From: Dimorphilus gyrociliatus
Lineage: Eukaryota; Animalia; Annelida
DNA: 64,000 bases
Assembly: GCA_904063045.1 (NCBI GenBank)
Contig: CAJFCJ010000016.1
Span: 620,001 to 684,000 of the forward strand
Direction: 5' to 3'
Of the stretch, positions 25,146-39,400 are shown one piece after another (position 1 is the stretch's first letter; each line of letters begins with the position of its first letter). The notes below the pieces were generated by a model, which was not told the DNA's origin, did no database searches, and saw only the letters and a program-made list of their open reading frames with translations. A program made the translations under genes and the position numbers.

Positions 25146-28100
25146 TATATATAATATGAAATCTTCTTATATATTTAATGATATGTATTCATGTTAAATT
25201 TTCTAATATTACTTATATTACGCTATATAAGTTTAAAGCTATAAAGGAGATGGTTTTGTTTTCTTTTTGCCAATTGTTTAATGGTCATTCGGCGTGTATA
25301 CATTTCTAATAAATTGATTTTCACTTTAATTTCATGGACGAAAGTACATAGGATATTTTTGCATGTATTATTCCTATATTGTACAACGTAGTACATTCTA
25401 CTAAGATATAAATGTTATTAAGCCTATTTGAAAAGCTGTTTCCTTTACAGACAACAGAAAAAACCAAAATGTACATTTATTTTCCAACCGACTTTTATAA
25501 AAAAAAACTTATAGTTTAACTTTTTCCTTTCTTTCAACAAAAGTTTTGCGGTATTTTGCTGTATTTATATATCTACTTTTTTAATCTGACGTAACCTAAT
25601 TTCTAGATGTTAGCTCCTCTTTACTCTATTTTTTATTATATTTATTTATTTTATAAGAACCTTCAACAGGTGGTTACGCAACAGCCCTGAAGAGTACTAT
25701 CTTTGACAGTTTAATGACGCTTTAAATGTCATCTTTTGCTAGAATCTGTGCGTTTTATGTATGTGAATTGCTGATAAAAGAAGAAGTGAAAGAAAGAGCG
25801 GCAAAGAAGAGAGCGAAAAGAGAAAGAAAGTGAACGCATAGATATGATATATAATAGAGAAATAAAATAGTCTCCCTTGTCTGTTCTTAGGCCTATTCTT
25901 TGCTTAAAAAATATTTATAGCCGTAAACCATATTTTATCTCCTTTGTTAAGTACCCTTTGAAAACTAAAATAGAACACGTAATACATCCTTACACTAATA
26001 ATGTTAAGGATAGAAAAAACAAATTAGAACCCCGGAACCCTTCGGCTATCTGGTGTTAGTACAATCCGAGGTCTATTTCAAAACTGGTTCGTTAAATTTT
26101 CAGAAAAGGAACGTTTAAATTGAGCTGTGGGGGCAGACTTAAGGGGCGGTCAAGAATGGTATCGTTTAGGGAGAGGTTGGAATTCATTTTCAGGGCTGGT
26201 ATTTTATGCAATCGTGACGAGAAGAGAGATCTGCGTGATTTTATCTAGCGTATGGTAACAGCGGTTACCTTGGTGGGAGAGGTGGTGATGGTGGCGGTCG
26301 GCAGAGGGGGTGGGAAGAGGGGGCAATGAAAAACGACTTGTACTAACCAACCATAACGACAAGCCGCCATACCACCAATAAATCATTCTACCAATTACCC
26401 AAAACAATTATTTACCTCCCTTACCGCCCTTTTTCGCCTCTTATTCGTCAACCTTAGTTACTATCTTTCGTCTTTTCAGAAGCGCATATTTGACCACCAT
26501 CACGCATCGTAAATCGGGTATTAAGCAATCAATAATCCACTTACCGGAACAAATACTTGTACACTCCTCAACAGACGATCCTTTGCAGTATCCTTTACAT
26601 GTTCTTCTTCTCTGTCCTTTACCACATTTTGACGAACATGGACCCCATTCTGACCACGTGCCAGTAAATTCGGCTACTTTAACAATAGCTCCACCGCTCG
26701 TCCTATTTCCCGCAACGTTTTCTGCTCTACAAGTATAGTTTCCGCTATCCGTTAATTTAGCATTTGAAATAAGTAGATAGTTGTTATAGTGACTCTTTCT
26801 GACTCTTGATGTAAGCTTCACGACGCTACCATCCTTAAACCATGTGATCTGTAAATTATATTAGATTTTAGAATCTAAATTTCATTGTTTAATCTTATTA
26901 TCCCTTTTACTTCCCTTCGAAGATTAATAAAGAATTATTTAAAAAGAACCGGAAGTACAAAAAATATACTTTAATTGATGAATATTTAATAGCCGAAGAA
27001 TGATGACAAAGTAATTATCAAGTAATAGAAGAAAAATAGCTAATAAATATCTTTTTATGGTCGTTTCTACATTCTTTATACATATATACAGTATATGTAT
27101 ATATATATGTGTGTGTTTACTATATATCTCCTTTTTTCAACCTACTACTTCCATTTACGTAATAGGCGTCTATTCAAGCTATTCATTTGTTGCACATTAA
27201 CATTATTGTTTATAATTAGTTCATGATGTGATATTTTTTCAACTGAGTAAGCAGCAAAAGAGCCTGAATAAAAAAAATTGCTATCAAATAGTAAACAATT
27301 TTTCAGTGGCCTTTCAGTAAACACTATTCATCTGAAATAGCTTTTGACTGTGCTCTCGAGTTATGCAACCAGTCCTTATATTCCTTTTATGATCAATTAT
27401 TTATTGGACGCCTTTATGGCGTTGGCCAATAGAGAGATATGAACTTTAAACAACGAGCCTGACAAGATGTTTTTTTATTGTCTTTGTTATTTGGGGCGGT
27501 AGTATAAGAGTGTCTTATCTTTATATTGTTAAAGGGATTAAGGAACGGTGAAAGTACTTGAAAAAAATCTTTTGATGACAGTAAGCATATCTTTACTTAT
27601 TTAATCATATACTAAGCTTAAATACTTTCTAAGTGGCTTAATATATTGCACAACTCTCAGTTTACCAAATGAATGCATTCATAAAGAAATGATATTTCTT
27701 ATTATAATTGTAAATTTGTTCTTGAATTTCTACATTCATCTTATTTGCTCACCTGCTCAAATTAACGATTCGTGCAATAAAAGTGTAAAAAGAAAGTGGG
27801 TACTTGGCACCGGCTGCCATTGACTTTGCCAAATAATCATAACATTTGCATTACCACGGAATCCTTACATGTTAACGCTAGGAATATCACGTGATGCGTG
27901 TCTAATTTTTTTCCTAGAGAGATTTTTACAACCTTCTTTGTTTTGTTTTTTTTGTTGGAAACAATATTGAGGAGTTATGCTTCTTTATTTTTTTTATCTC
28001 ACTCACTCAGTTGCTTCCTTCTTCTCCTCTCCTTTTACTCTCTCTTTCTCTTTCTAACTCTATCTATATTTATTTATATACTTCCTACTTTCATATCTAT

Positions 28101-31100
28101 ATAAACCTTTCATTTTATTATTTTTTTAGACGTTTTAAAAGATTGCCATAGTCTATCATGTCACCTCTTAAATTGACTTGATCAACCATTTACCATTTAA
28201 ATCTTAATTAAATGACTATTTAAGTATTCTTTTATACTACCTTTGGAATTGGTGTGCCTTCCGGGGGTCGGCATTGCAGTTCAAAATCTCTGCCAATAGA
28301 AATCTTTGACCCAATTGGCTGCTCCTCAAATTCCTTCTTAATATCTAAACAGAAAAAAAGATAACTAAATAAGATATAGAATGTTCTGAGTTAGAAAAGA
28401 CGCAGATGCAGCGTCACTCTCGAGAGACGTCGAAGATTGTCTACAATCGGCCTAATTGCTAAGGAGCACAACTACTGATAGAAATACGATTCTTTACCCT
28501 TTCTCGCCTTTCTCTTCCATTTCTAGTTATTATTTATGACTTTAATAAGAACGAATAATAAAAAAATTGTTCCGGTATGAAAAACAAACCGCCAAACGCT
28601 AAAGGCGATTGTCGAAAAAAAAATCGTTTAGACTTGTAATTAAGGCAGGGCGGCGAATTTTTGCGTGACTGCAAAAGTTTTGCTGGAGGTGTCAGTTTTA
28701 TACGAAAAAGGTGCGTTACATTAAAGCTTCCCTTTATGTGACTTTTACCTTGTCGATTACGCTTTCTCTGAGCTCTTGTTATTGCTGTTAGTTGTAAAAA
28801 CTTGCGGTAAATTGTGAAGAACAAATAAGATCTTAAGGAGGTGTTAAAGTCGCCTTAGTTGCGTAATCGGTGTTTCCTCTACTTTTTAACCCTCGTTATT
28901 ATACATTATACGATTGACAAAATAAACAAATATAAGTATACAGATATAATGCTGAGTTATATTATAACTCTCGTATACATTTACAATTCTTCTGCACGAA
29001 AATAAAAGAAACGTCACGGTAAAGTCATTAGATGTAATCTTAGCCTGGCAGTTGATGCTTATAAACAAAGCGTCATTCAAATATCTTACGTAATTTATTC
29101 AATAAATAGCTTGTATATATATACTGTATATCTAACTATTTATTCAAAATATTGATTAATTAAACAATAATATACAGTATAGATATAACGTTAATTAGGA
29201 TGACTTTATTGTTATTTTAAGTATAGAACCAGTAATTATATATCTTTAAAAGAAAATTGAAAAAACGGGAAATGTTAGTAAACAAACTATGTATAAAGGA
29301 GGTGTAATATTTCCAGAATGGTATTGTATACATTTTTGTAAACTATGAAGTTTCATGTTTATGTATAATAAAACTCGAGAGGAAAATTGTGGGTGAAAAA
29401 TAAGATATGGGCGGTACATATAGTATATATAGTGTATGTATATATACAAGTATATAAAGTATATACAAATATATAATTCATATACATTAAAAGTCTATAG
29501 GAGATAAGTGAAAATGTAGAATCATTTTTGACCTTTTTGTCATTTTTGCCTTCTTTACCTTTACCTTTCGCTCTCTTTCTGTGTCTGTCAGTCTCTCTGT
29601 CTCCGTCAAACACACACACACACACACACATACATACATACATTCATACTCTTGCTCGTCTTTCTACTAATTTTACTATATTTTAAGGGATAGAATTTAA
29701 AAATATAAATAAACTTTCTAGCCATTGCCTAATGCTATATAAATGCTATAAAAAAAATAAAGAATTTCTATGATATCAATGCATCTCCCGACAGTTTTAT
29801 ACTCTCTTAAACGAGTATAAAATCTTTTGATTGAATAATAACAATATTTTATAATAAAATGAATTATATTTCACGTCCTTTAACCTTTATAATGTATATT
29901 ATTGCTTATAAAAGTTTTGTTTGAATGATCTTTTGCTATTCTCTTTTTTCAATAAATTATTATAATAATAACAATATTAAAACTAGTGAAATAAAATGGA
30001 AAATTGATGTTTTAAAGAAATAAATTGGAATTATTGTATGGACAGCTGCAACGTTGATATAAAAAGAGAGAGAGGGAGAGAGAGTGAGTGAGAGGAAAAG
30101 AAAGAAAAAGTTTACTTTATAAAGCAAAAAGTAGCTGTAAAAGTTTGTGAACTATCAAAAAAAACTGTAATTTTATATGAAAGGTGGGAAACGGCTAAGT
30201 GAACTTTACTTTTAACAAATTCATTAGACTGTTTCAACCTTTAAAATGCTTGTATGCTATCTATATATATTTATATACTAATATAACCATATAAATACAT
30301 ATAGGGGATATATCTGTCTATCGCTATTTATAACACGTATAAAAACCTTCAATACTGTATCTTTAGCTGATTGATTACGCAATAATTACAATGATCTATA
30401 GTTAATTGAAAAAGAATTATAGGTTGTCAAAAACGTGAAAAAATCGCTGGCAAACCCGCATCAATTCGAAACAGGCAACAATACATAAAAGTACAAAAGT
30501 TCACAACGCACCGCCGCCGCCATTCGACACCAACATGCAACATTTTCCACGTGATTATTAAAGCATCTGTCTTTGTTGTCATTTGTCAATCACGTGACTA
30601 CTTCTTTTACTCACACGCAACTTTAGAATGCATATAGACAGTTATATAAAAGAAAAAAATTACGTAGCTTTTAATAATCGTGGTGATAATAAGCGATGTG
30701 CCAAGGTAATTAATGTTCATTTATGCAAATGAAGATAATTAAACGTCGATTTTATGCAACATTAGGGAGTTTTTAAAATCAATTGACCGCTTAAAGTTTG
30801 CCTTGCTTTTTCCCTAAAGATTCGCTTCTCCCCTATAATCATCTTCTAAAAGTTATCTAGATTGAAATTTAATTTACACTCTTCGGACGGAGTGATGCCC
30901 CTTTGTAATTACCGCCGCTATTAAAGGCTTTCAATAACTTCTAATTAGACACCCACAAGGGACCCGGTTTTCGACCTCATTCTTTTCAAAAAGAATCTGT
31001 CTAGCAAAAGGAAATAGGAAGTAGGAGACTAGACGTTCGAGAATAAGCAGGAAAACTTCCTCACAAAAGGTATACTATAAGGACCCATATAAGGAAGGCT

Positions 31101-34100
31101 TCTTTCACGTCGAGTTTTTTAAGAAATCATATATCAATCGGCGCTTTTGAAAAGTTTCAACAACTTAATTAGCATTATAAATAGAGCGTGATTATAATTA
31201 CAATTTCCTTTTAATGGTCCGTCAAAAGGCGAGAATGGGTGGTTAAAAATAAAAAAAAAAGGGTGACTAGCTGTCTTTAACGACGCCCATAAAATACTCT
31301 TAACATACTTACAAGCCTCTTCAATAACGAATGCAGGTGAACTAATCATTCGAGTTACTTTTCCACTGCCCTGGAAGACAAGAAAACGGCATGAACAGGT
31401 CAACCGTCTCTCAACAAGTCTTTCGTAATCCTTCTTGAAAAAAGACCATCTCATAATCTTCGAATCGTCCTCTCCATCTATTAGTTCGAGCTTTTTCCTT
31501 TCCAACCAAACTTTATTACAGTATAGAGAATAGTTGACTATATTCTCTACAATATCTGACTTGTAGATCGAGCATTCCAGTTTTATCTCTTGATCTCTAC
31601 CCGCGTAAATCGTATCCTTAGGATAGGAACGGTAGTAGGCGCCTTTATCGTCTATAGATTCTTCTACGCTTTTCCCGTACGCTATATGGAAATAAAATAT
31701 AGATAATAAAGAAATATAAACAGATATAACGGAATAAGGAGGCGATTAATTCTAAGGGATAATCTCCTTAATTGGCGTTTCTTGTTTAATAGCGCGACAG
31801 ACAGAAAATTGTAAACATTCACATCTGCCGCCTTTACCTTACTTCTTTTTTTTATTATCTTTTTTTCAATAGGTGTTACAAAAAGATAGTCGTTTAAATA
31901 GCAACCATCATGTTCTTTTTTTTCTTCTTTTTTTATTTGACATTGTCCTTGCCCTTAGATGCCATTTTTTCTGTCTTTTTGTTGTAGTTATGATTAACCG
32001 AGGGCAATACATTTAATGTATCATATATAGGGGAAGTAGTGGGAAAAATAGAGTAAAAATAAGGGTCGGATATCCTTGAGATCGTGTATTTTCACAAACG
32101 TAATTACCATTAAATAGAAAATTATTCACGAATTTCTTCGAATTTTCGCTTATTTATAGAAAATATCTAAATACGTTTCGCTTATCTTGGAAAAAGATTT
32201 CTTTTTAGAAAAAGGAAAGATCTTTCTATTTACCTTTCTTTTCCTTTTCATTGCCTTAGGAAATAAAAGTAGGCCTACGAAAACACATTACATCCTCCAT
32301 AATTTTTAAATGTTTGTTATATGAACTGTACATACGTATATACTGTACATATGTGTATGTACAAGTATATCACATTAGCTTATCTGAACATATCCGCAAA
32401 TTCTTTTTGATGTACGCAATTGCCTATTTATCTCTCTACATTTATATAATCTCTCAGGGATTATCATTAAACCCCAATTCAAATGTCTTCTAAAGAGACC
32501 GCCTATTAAACGAGCATTGGAGAAAACCGGGGCTAACGAGTAAAGCATTTTTCTACTCTATTATTACGTAATAGTAACAAATTCTGTAAATACAACTTAT
32601 ATATTTGTATACAGTCTAACTATAAATAGTAACAAAGGAAAATAGAGTTTATGAGGGCAACATTCAATTGCTGATGGCCTTTGGAAATTGTTTACAAAAA
32701 AAACAATTTGGATAATTTTTCTTCTCTTTTTTAATTCAACTTACGAATTAAACGTCATTTTCCGTTCAAGCAATTTTGAGCAATCGATGTAAAAAGCATA
32801 ATTTCTTTTATATATTATTATATAAAGAGAGAGAGAGAGAGTATTGAACAATTTTTCAGTTGGAGTTAAAGCAGGAAATTGCATCTTTCCGATTGCTTTT
32901 TTTTATTTCAGGTATTATTATTATTAGGTAAAAAAAAAGGGGGCTAAACGATTTCCCTACCTATTACATAATAATATAATTAAAGGCAATAATAAACAAA
33001 GACATGTAGAGGAAGTATTAGGGAACAGATAGAAGATGTCAGATGACAAAAAACTATTCGTCTATTTCTCTGTGACAAGAGAGATTAAGTAAGGGAAGAA
33101 AGTAGACAAAAGGCCCTTTTTCTAAAGGGAAAGGCAAAAATACAGCAATAGAAAACTCTCTTATTTCCCGTTGAGTGTTTGGAGATTACATTGTTCTACC
33201 CAGAATTATATACTTTTGTTCATGTATACTTATATGGGAATGCTGTTTTTACACGATCTAACATTACTTGCCTAAACATTTTATACTGTAGATAAAGTTA
33301 ACGCTATTTTTTGCATCCTCAGGCGTTAGATGCTCGCTTTGTCAATAGTCTTCGCTTTATGGGTAAGCCTACAGGTACGTGCCAAATTATACGTTAACAG
33401 TATACATATCTTTAGGATATGCTATTTATGCAGATGACCGTCATTTTTGTTGTCCAATGAGCAATCATATTAATGTTAATTTACATAGGAATAAGTTGAA
33501 AAAAGGGCAGAATAGCCTCAACCCTCTCACATAGCGATTAAAACATATGGCGTTTGCGTGCAATACCCTTATACACAATATAACATGTAAAATTGTCTGC
33601 AAACACAGCCGTAGATTGCATTTCTATAGTATTGCAGATGATTTCTAGAAACAGGGAAATATAAGGGTAGAAAATCGGGCGAAAGTAACGAGCCGTGTAG
33701 GGAAGGAGAGTTGTATATATACATTAACGACACTATAAATAAACATGTTGTGTGTAATGTATATATAAAGGCGGTGTGTTCTTAAAAATGTATATAGGAC
33801 ACTTTTTCCCGCGCAGTACGACGGCAGCTAGACATGCACACGTGTGCAAACTCGCGTTCATTATGTAAATATGGCGTGGGAATGAATTTTTTAAAGCTCT
33901 GCAGTCTGTTCTATATGGAATTGTACAAGAAGCTTACAAAGCGTGCATTTTAATTATTTCTACGCTCTATCTACCTAGGCTATGTTTATGCAATTCGTTG
34001 AAAGTGTAAAAGGGTTATTAAATCAACTCCCTTCCGGTTATACGTATATGCTTGAGTAATTAAGGTCAAGGCAGTACCTATAGGTTCTAATGTTCAATGT

Positions 34101-35224
34101 TTTCCTCTTGTTATGGAAAAAGAGATTACATTTTTTACTCCTTTTTGTGTGCTTTTTCCCAAATTTAGATCCCAGTTTTCATGGGTTAATGGGTCTATGA
34201 ATGATTCGTCATGTTTTTGGGTAAGCTATTGCGAATCGTTTATGCGGGATTTTCTGGTTTATCGTATAATAGCACTTGAATAAATAGAGAGGGTTATCGG
34301 TATAATAAACCGAATAGGATTCATTCTATTAGTATTCATAGTACGTTAAGCCTTCATAGATTTGACTTTCAAACACCTCAAGAGATTAATTATCATAATT
34401 AGTTGATATTTATCTTAATATTTAAAAAAATAGTCTTTTTGTTTATTTGTCTTTTGTTTTATCATAATAACAAGTTGATTAATAATTTTCTATTTACATA
34501 TTTAAATATGTATCTCTTTCTCTCTCTCTCTCTGTCTCTCTTGCTAATATATATATATATATATAGACTCTGGCAGGTGTATAAAATAATAATCCCAGGT
34601 CATTGATTTATTAATTTAATAAACGTTCTAAACCACTTCTATATAATAATAGTGGAAAAAAACCAAAACGAAAAGACATGAACATTTACGGCTTAATGAT
34701 ACGTAAAACTCTATTTACTAGACAGAACCTATTCCCAAATAGGCCTAAGATAATTGTATATTTTCTCTAATTATACTAGTTGAAAAAAAAAAGAAAGAGG
34801 CAAGAAAAGGATAGAAGGAAAAGAGTATTAGGAGGAGAATAAACCGCATAAGCTTTGTATATGATCATGCGTTGTATCTAATTGATATGTGAAAACTTAT
34901 GAAGAAAATAGATACTCTTAAAAAATATTTGCTTTTAATCAAATTATCCAAAGAAGAAATACATTAATTTTTAAAAGAGAGAAATAGTGCTCCATCCTTA
35001 GATGTTTACTAAAATTGTATATAAAGGATAATTAAAGAGTTAAGTTGGTTAATTAAAATTTGTTTTGTTATTTCCAGAATTGCGTAAAGATTTTTACAGA
35101 GAGAAAAGAAGGAAAGAGGGGAAACTAATTTCTCTTTATTTTAAATCAACTTTTCATGAATTAGTATTTTTTATACTCTTATATTCTCTTTATCATCTTT
35201 TCTCTATCTTTGTGTCTTTGTTTT

Positions 35225-35268
<44 letters not shown>

Positions 35269-36421
35269 TTTCTCATTCTCTTTCTCTTTCTTTCCACTCT
35301 TCCCCTCTCCTCTCCTTCTTCTTTTTCCTAGGTATATATATTTTACTATTCCCATGGACATATTAAATTGCCCCTCTACAGTTTTAAGAGTAGAAATCTA
35401 GATTGTTTATTTAAGCAGAAACGAGCCCGTAATTGAAACTGTCCAATAGTTTTTGTATTGTTAAAGAGAAATCTAAACAGATTGTTGGTCCCTGGTAAAC
35501 TTAAAAAAAGAGGGCAGTAAAAAAAACAACATTTTTTTAATCGTAATAACAGAGATATTAGTGTTCAAGAGAGGGAGATATATATATATATAATGTATAC
35601 AAATCAATAGAACATGAATAAAGATGAACGATGAGGACAATAAGGACAAGGATGCTAAAATTGATCTAGGTCTATGCACACGTTTCGTTAAGAAGTTTAC
35701 AAAAATCAAGACTATCGACTGTAAGCAACTGTGTTCGTACATATGCTAAATTTATTGTTTTTTTTTGTCAAAACATATACAAAATGTATCATTTTAATCA
35801 AAATATAATAGCAATAAATGTTAAGAGATTATAGAATTATATATATATATATATACATATATATAGTTTATTAGAAATATATCCCTGAATAATTTCTATA
35901 CTAATCCATAAAAAGTTAAAGTTTTTAAAGGTATTTGATTTCTTAAGTTTTTTTTTATTTTACTTTTTGAATAAAGGGATAAAGCGGGAAAAAAGAAATA
36001 AAGAATAGGGCTAAATTGTTAATCGTTATTTAGGAGATTAAAAAATCGAAAAATATAAAGATTTACTAAAAAGGATTAGGGACGCAATGTGGTCATATAT
36101 ACTGTACGTTAACACATTACCCTTGTAGTATAATATGTGTATTCTAAATTAAGTATATTCAATTGGAAAAGGAGACTCTTTTCATGTATATAGAATTAGT
36201 CTTTGATCTGACGTCGTATGATGGAAAATACTTTAGTACTTCCGTTATGGATAAGTAAATGTGGCTACTTCCTATCAGGGTGTGTAAATATGACGGTTAA
36301 TGGCTGATCAATATGCGACGGATAGGAATTAATAGAATACCCAAAAAGGGATATACTCGAAATTAATACAGAAATTGAACAAAAAAATCCTTCTTTCCTT
36401 TATATTACTAATCAAATATAG

Positions 36422-36464
<43 letters not shown>

Positions 36465-39400
36465 TATATGTATATACAGTATATTAGGTTTATCCGGATC
36501 CCTATCCAAAATGAACAAATATCCATTCTATTGACTGGTAAAAGAGAAAGAAAACCTCCCCTCCCCAGGTAAATAGCCTTTCATGAACCACATCTATCAT
36601 TTAACTTTTACATTCAGTTAATCAACAAAAGGGAAAATAGAAAAAAAAAACTTGTACACATTCAATAGCCCTACGCAGACAGCATTTTTTTAAAAAGCTT
36701 TCAGTGATTCCAGACCTGGTAAATAAATATTTCCAGTTTTAATTTTGGTGTGCAAATATTGCAGTAGTTTTAGGCCTATAAGCGAAAAAAAAGTCATCGA
36801 CGTTTAAAATTGTTTTCCATGTACTTTACAAAAAAAACACGGAGGAATTAAATACTTAGTATACTGCTTAACCTATAGGCGTAAGAATTTAGGAATATTC
36901 CTAGCAGTTAATCCTCTTACTCCTATACGTTATTTAATCGATGACGGTGTTATAGACTGGAAAACTTGCTATTATTTGACAATAAATGTCTTTTTTTTTC
37001 ATCTTCTTCTTTTATTCATTCCCCTTTTAATTGCATAATTCCATTGGGTTCCGCTACGAGTTATTAAAGGAAAACTTTAGAAGCGTTTCCGACGCCTATA
37101 TCCGATTTTATACGATACTGACGGTGAAAGGACGCCGCTCTGTTTCTGCCTTTGCATTCTACTTACATATATGGTCTAATATCGCCCGCGTAGAAAAAAA
37201 TCAACCAAATCGAATAAAACGGCATCCGAGCGAAAATATACACAAATAATCAGGAAAAGCCTAGGGTTTACCCCTCGAGCGTTTTCGACTTAAGTGCACA
37301 GCGGTCCGTTTAGGTCTGGCAGATAATAGATAAGCTAGTTTCCACGGCAACCGTGTCCGTAGGTTGACAGGCAAAACCGATAAGAGATAAGGTTTTTCAT
37401 TTTTGTCGAGTTTTATGGCAGGCTTTATAAAAAATAGTCGATATCTCTGTCGTACGTAGTTTAGCTGTGCCTTCCTCTTCTCCTTTTTTCTCCTCAATTG
37501 GAGATTATTAAATAAGGATAAATGCTCAGCTTAATTTACTCTAATCCTACCGATTATCCTTCGATTTCGACGACTGCCACAATTCTTTACGGCTTTTCAA
37601 GGGCAATTAGTGAACAGTTACAATATTCATTAACTGAATTATGAGTGTTTGAATATTTCATAAGGCTGACGAAGCTTTAAAGGATTACAAAGTGCTTCCC
37701 ACAAATTTTTATGCTTATTTTTCCCTTTTTCCGAAACTTTTCATAAATTAATCAACTTTCGTTAATAAAGTTAGATACGAACGAGTAAATAATGAACCAA
37801 CTCTCCTAAATACTTTTGGAGGCAAACATAAAAAAATAAAAAGTTGAGGCGTTTATGGCGTCAAAGCCATAAAATGGCCCAAGTGTCATAAAACGTCTCT
37901 TAGACCTTTAAATTTCTTCACGCTCCCTTAACTTTTAGCGTTTTCTATCGAATCGAAATTTCCACTTGAATATATATATTTTCCTTTCATTTTTTTTTTG
38001 TCTATTTTTCTTTTTAATCGATCAGGTAACAACACTTTAAAAAACTCCAAAGCAGGCCTACAGAACTTTAAAAAATACGGAAACGTCTTACAGAGATTAT
38101 CATTCATTCGTTAAGTAGTCTACAGAATAAGATTACTACCTTTAAAAGCTTAAAGATCGAAAGTAAGCATTTAATCTTAATGCTTTTTGGCTTTTATTAT
38201 TTGTATATATTTTTTTCTTTTCCCCCCACTAATTCATGTTCAACTTAATTCGAATTTTAAGCATTCTATCCCTTATCATGTTTACACTATTAAGTCGTTA
38301 TCCTCCTTAAACTTTTCCTTCTATTTTTATCCTTATTCAACTCTTTTCCTTCTCTCTCTCTCTCTCTCTTTCTCTTTCTATCCTTATCTCTAGTTCACTA
38401 TTCTATTCTGTCAATTTGTATTCATTGTCTTTGTCTCTTAAAGCCGGCCGGCTGTATGTGTACTTAAAACATTTATACTATAATAAATAAAAGAAATTTG
38501 TATAAACTGGTAAAAGTAGCTACTTTAGGCCTATTTTTAGTTCACCGTCCAAAAAAATTTCCTAATACGGAAACGCACTTAGTTTAAGAGGTTAAAAAGT
38601 CAGATTCTTCTTTTTTTACTACTCTACAACTTCTTGTCCCACTGTAGTTAAAGTAACTCTATTAAAAGTAGCTATTAAGTGATTAATTGTGCTACAAAAA
38701 AAGAAAAACCTTGATAAATATACGTGTATAATAATTATTAAAAGCTCAAAGTAAACCTATCAATTATGCCATTATTAGCTCTAACAAGAGGGATAAGGTT
38801 TTTCCCACTTAAAAAATCTTTTCCTAAACGACAAACTTTAAATTTAAAGAAAATATTGTGTAATAGCTTGTTTGTTTACAAAGTAACCTAGACGTTATAC
38901 ATAGATATCTGTATAAATGTATACAAGTTATACTGTTATAGAATAAAGCGGATTTTATACAAAACTACAAATAACGGACCAGGTTGGGAGGTATGTTTTT
39001 TTTTGTTTTTATAAAAAAAAAAAGCCAATAGAGAACCTCTGATTCCGGAAATGATTTAGGATATGTTCTTTTTAACAGTTGGTTAAGATTAATAGCCTAA
39101 AAGATGTAAGATGGAAAAAAAAGAGAAAAGAGAGGGGAAGATGGTTAGGATGGAGAAGAAAGAGAAAAACACAGGAAGAAGGGAGGGATGAATGATTTGA
39201 AAAGTGGATATTTTAAAAAGATGTCGGAATAATCGAATGTTTAATTTAGATAGAAGAAGGTAGAGAAGAGAAGGAGGATGAGTAGTATAGTACGCAACGG
39301 GAATATAAAATGTCTATTTTCACACGAAACATGTTTAATGAGCAAAAAATGAAGTTATTTGATAGGTTTGATGGTAAGGATAACATAGTTAGTTAAGATA

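Noticed and set aside
3312-31618. U12-type donor-like strings (ATATCCTT near 3312, GTATCCTT near 31612)
   Set aside because: Both fall inside coding exons, the second on the wrong strand; no U12 intron is needed for any model.
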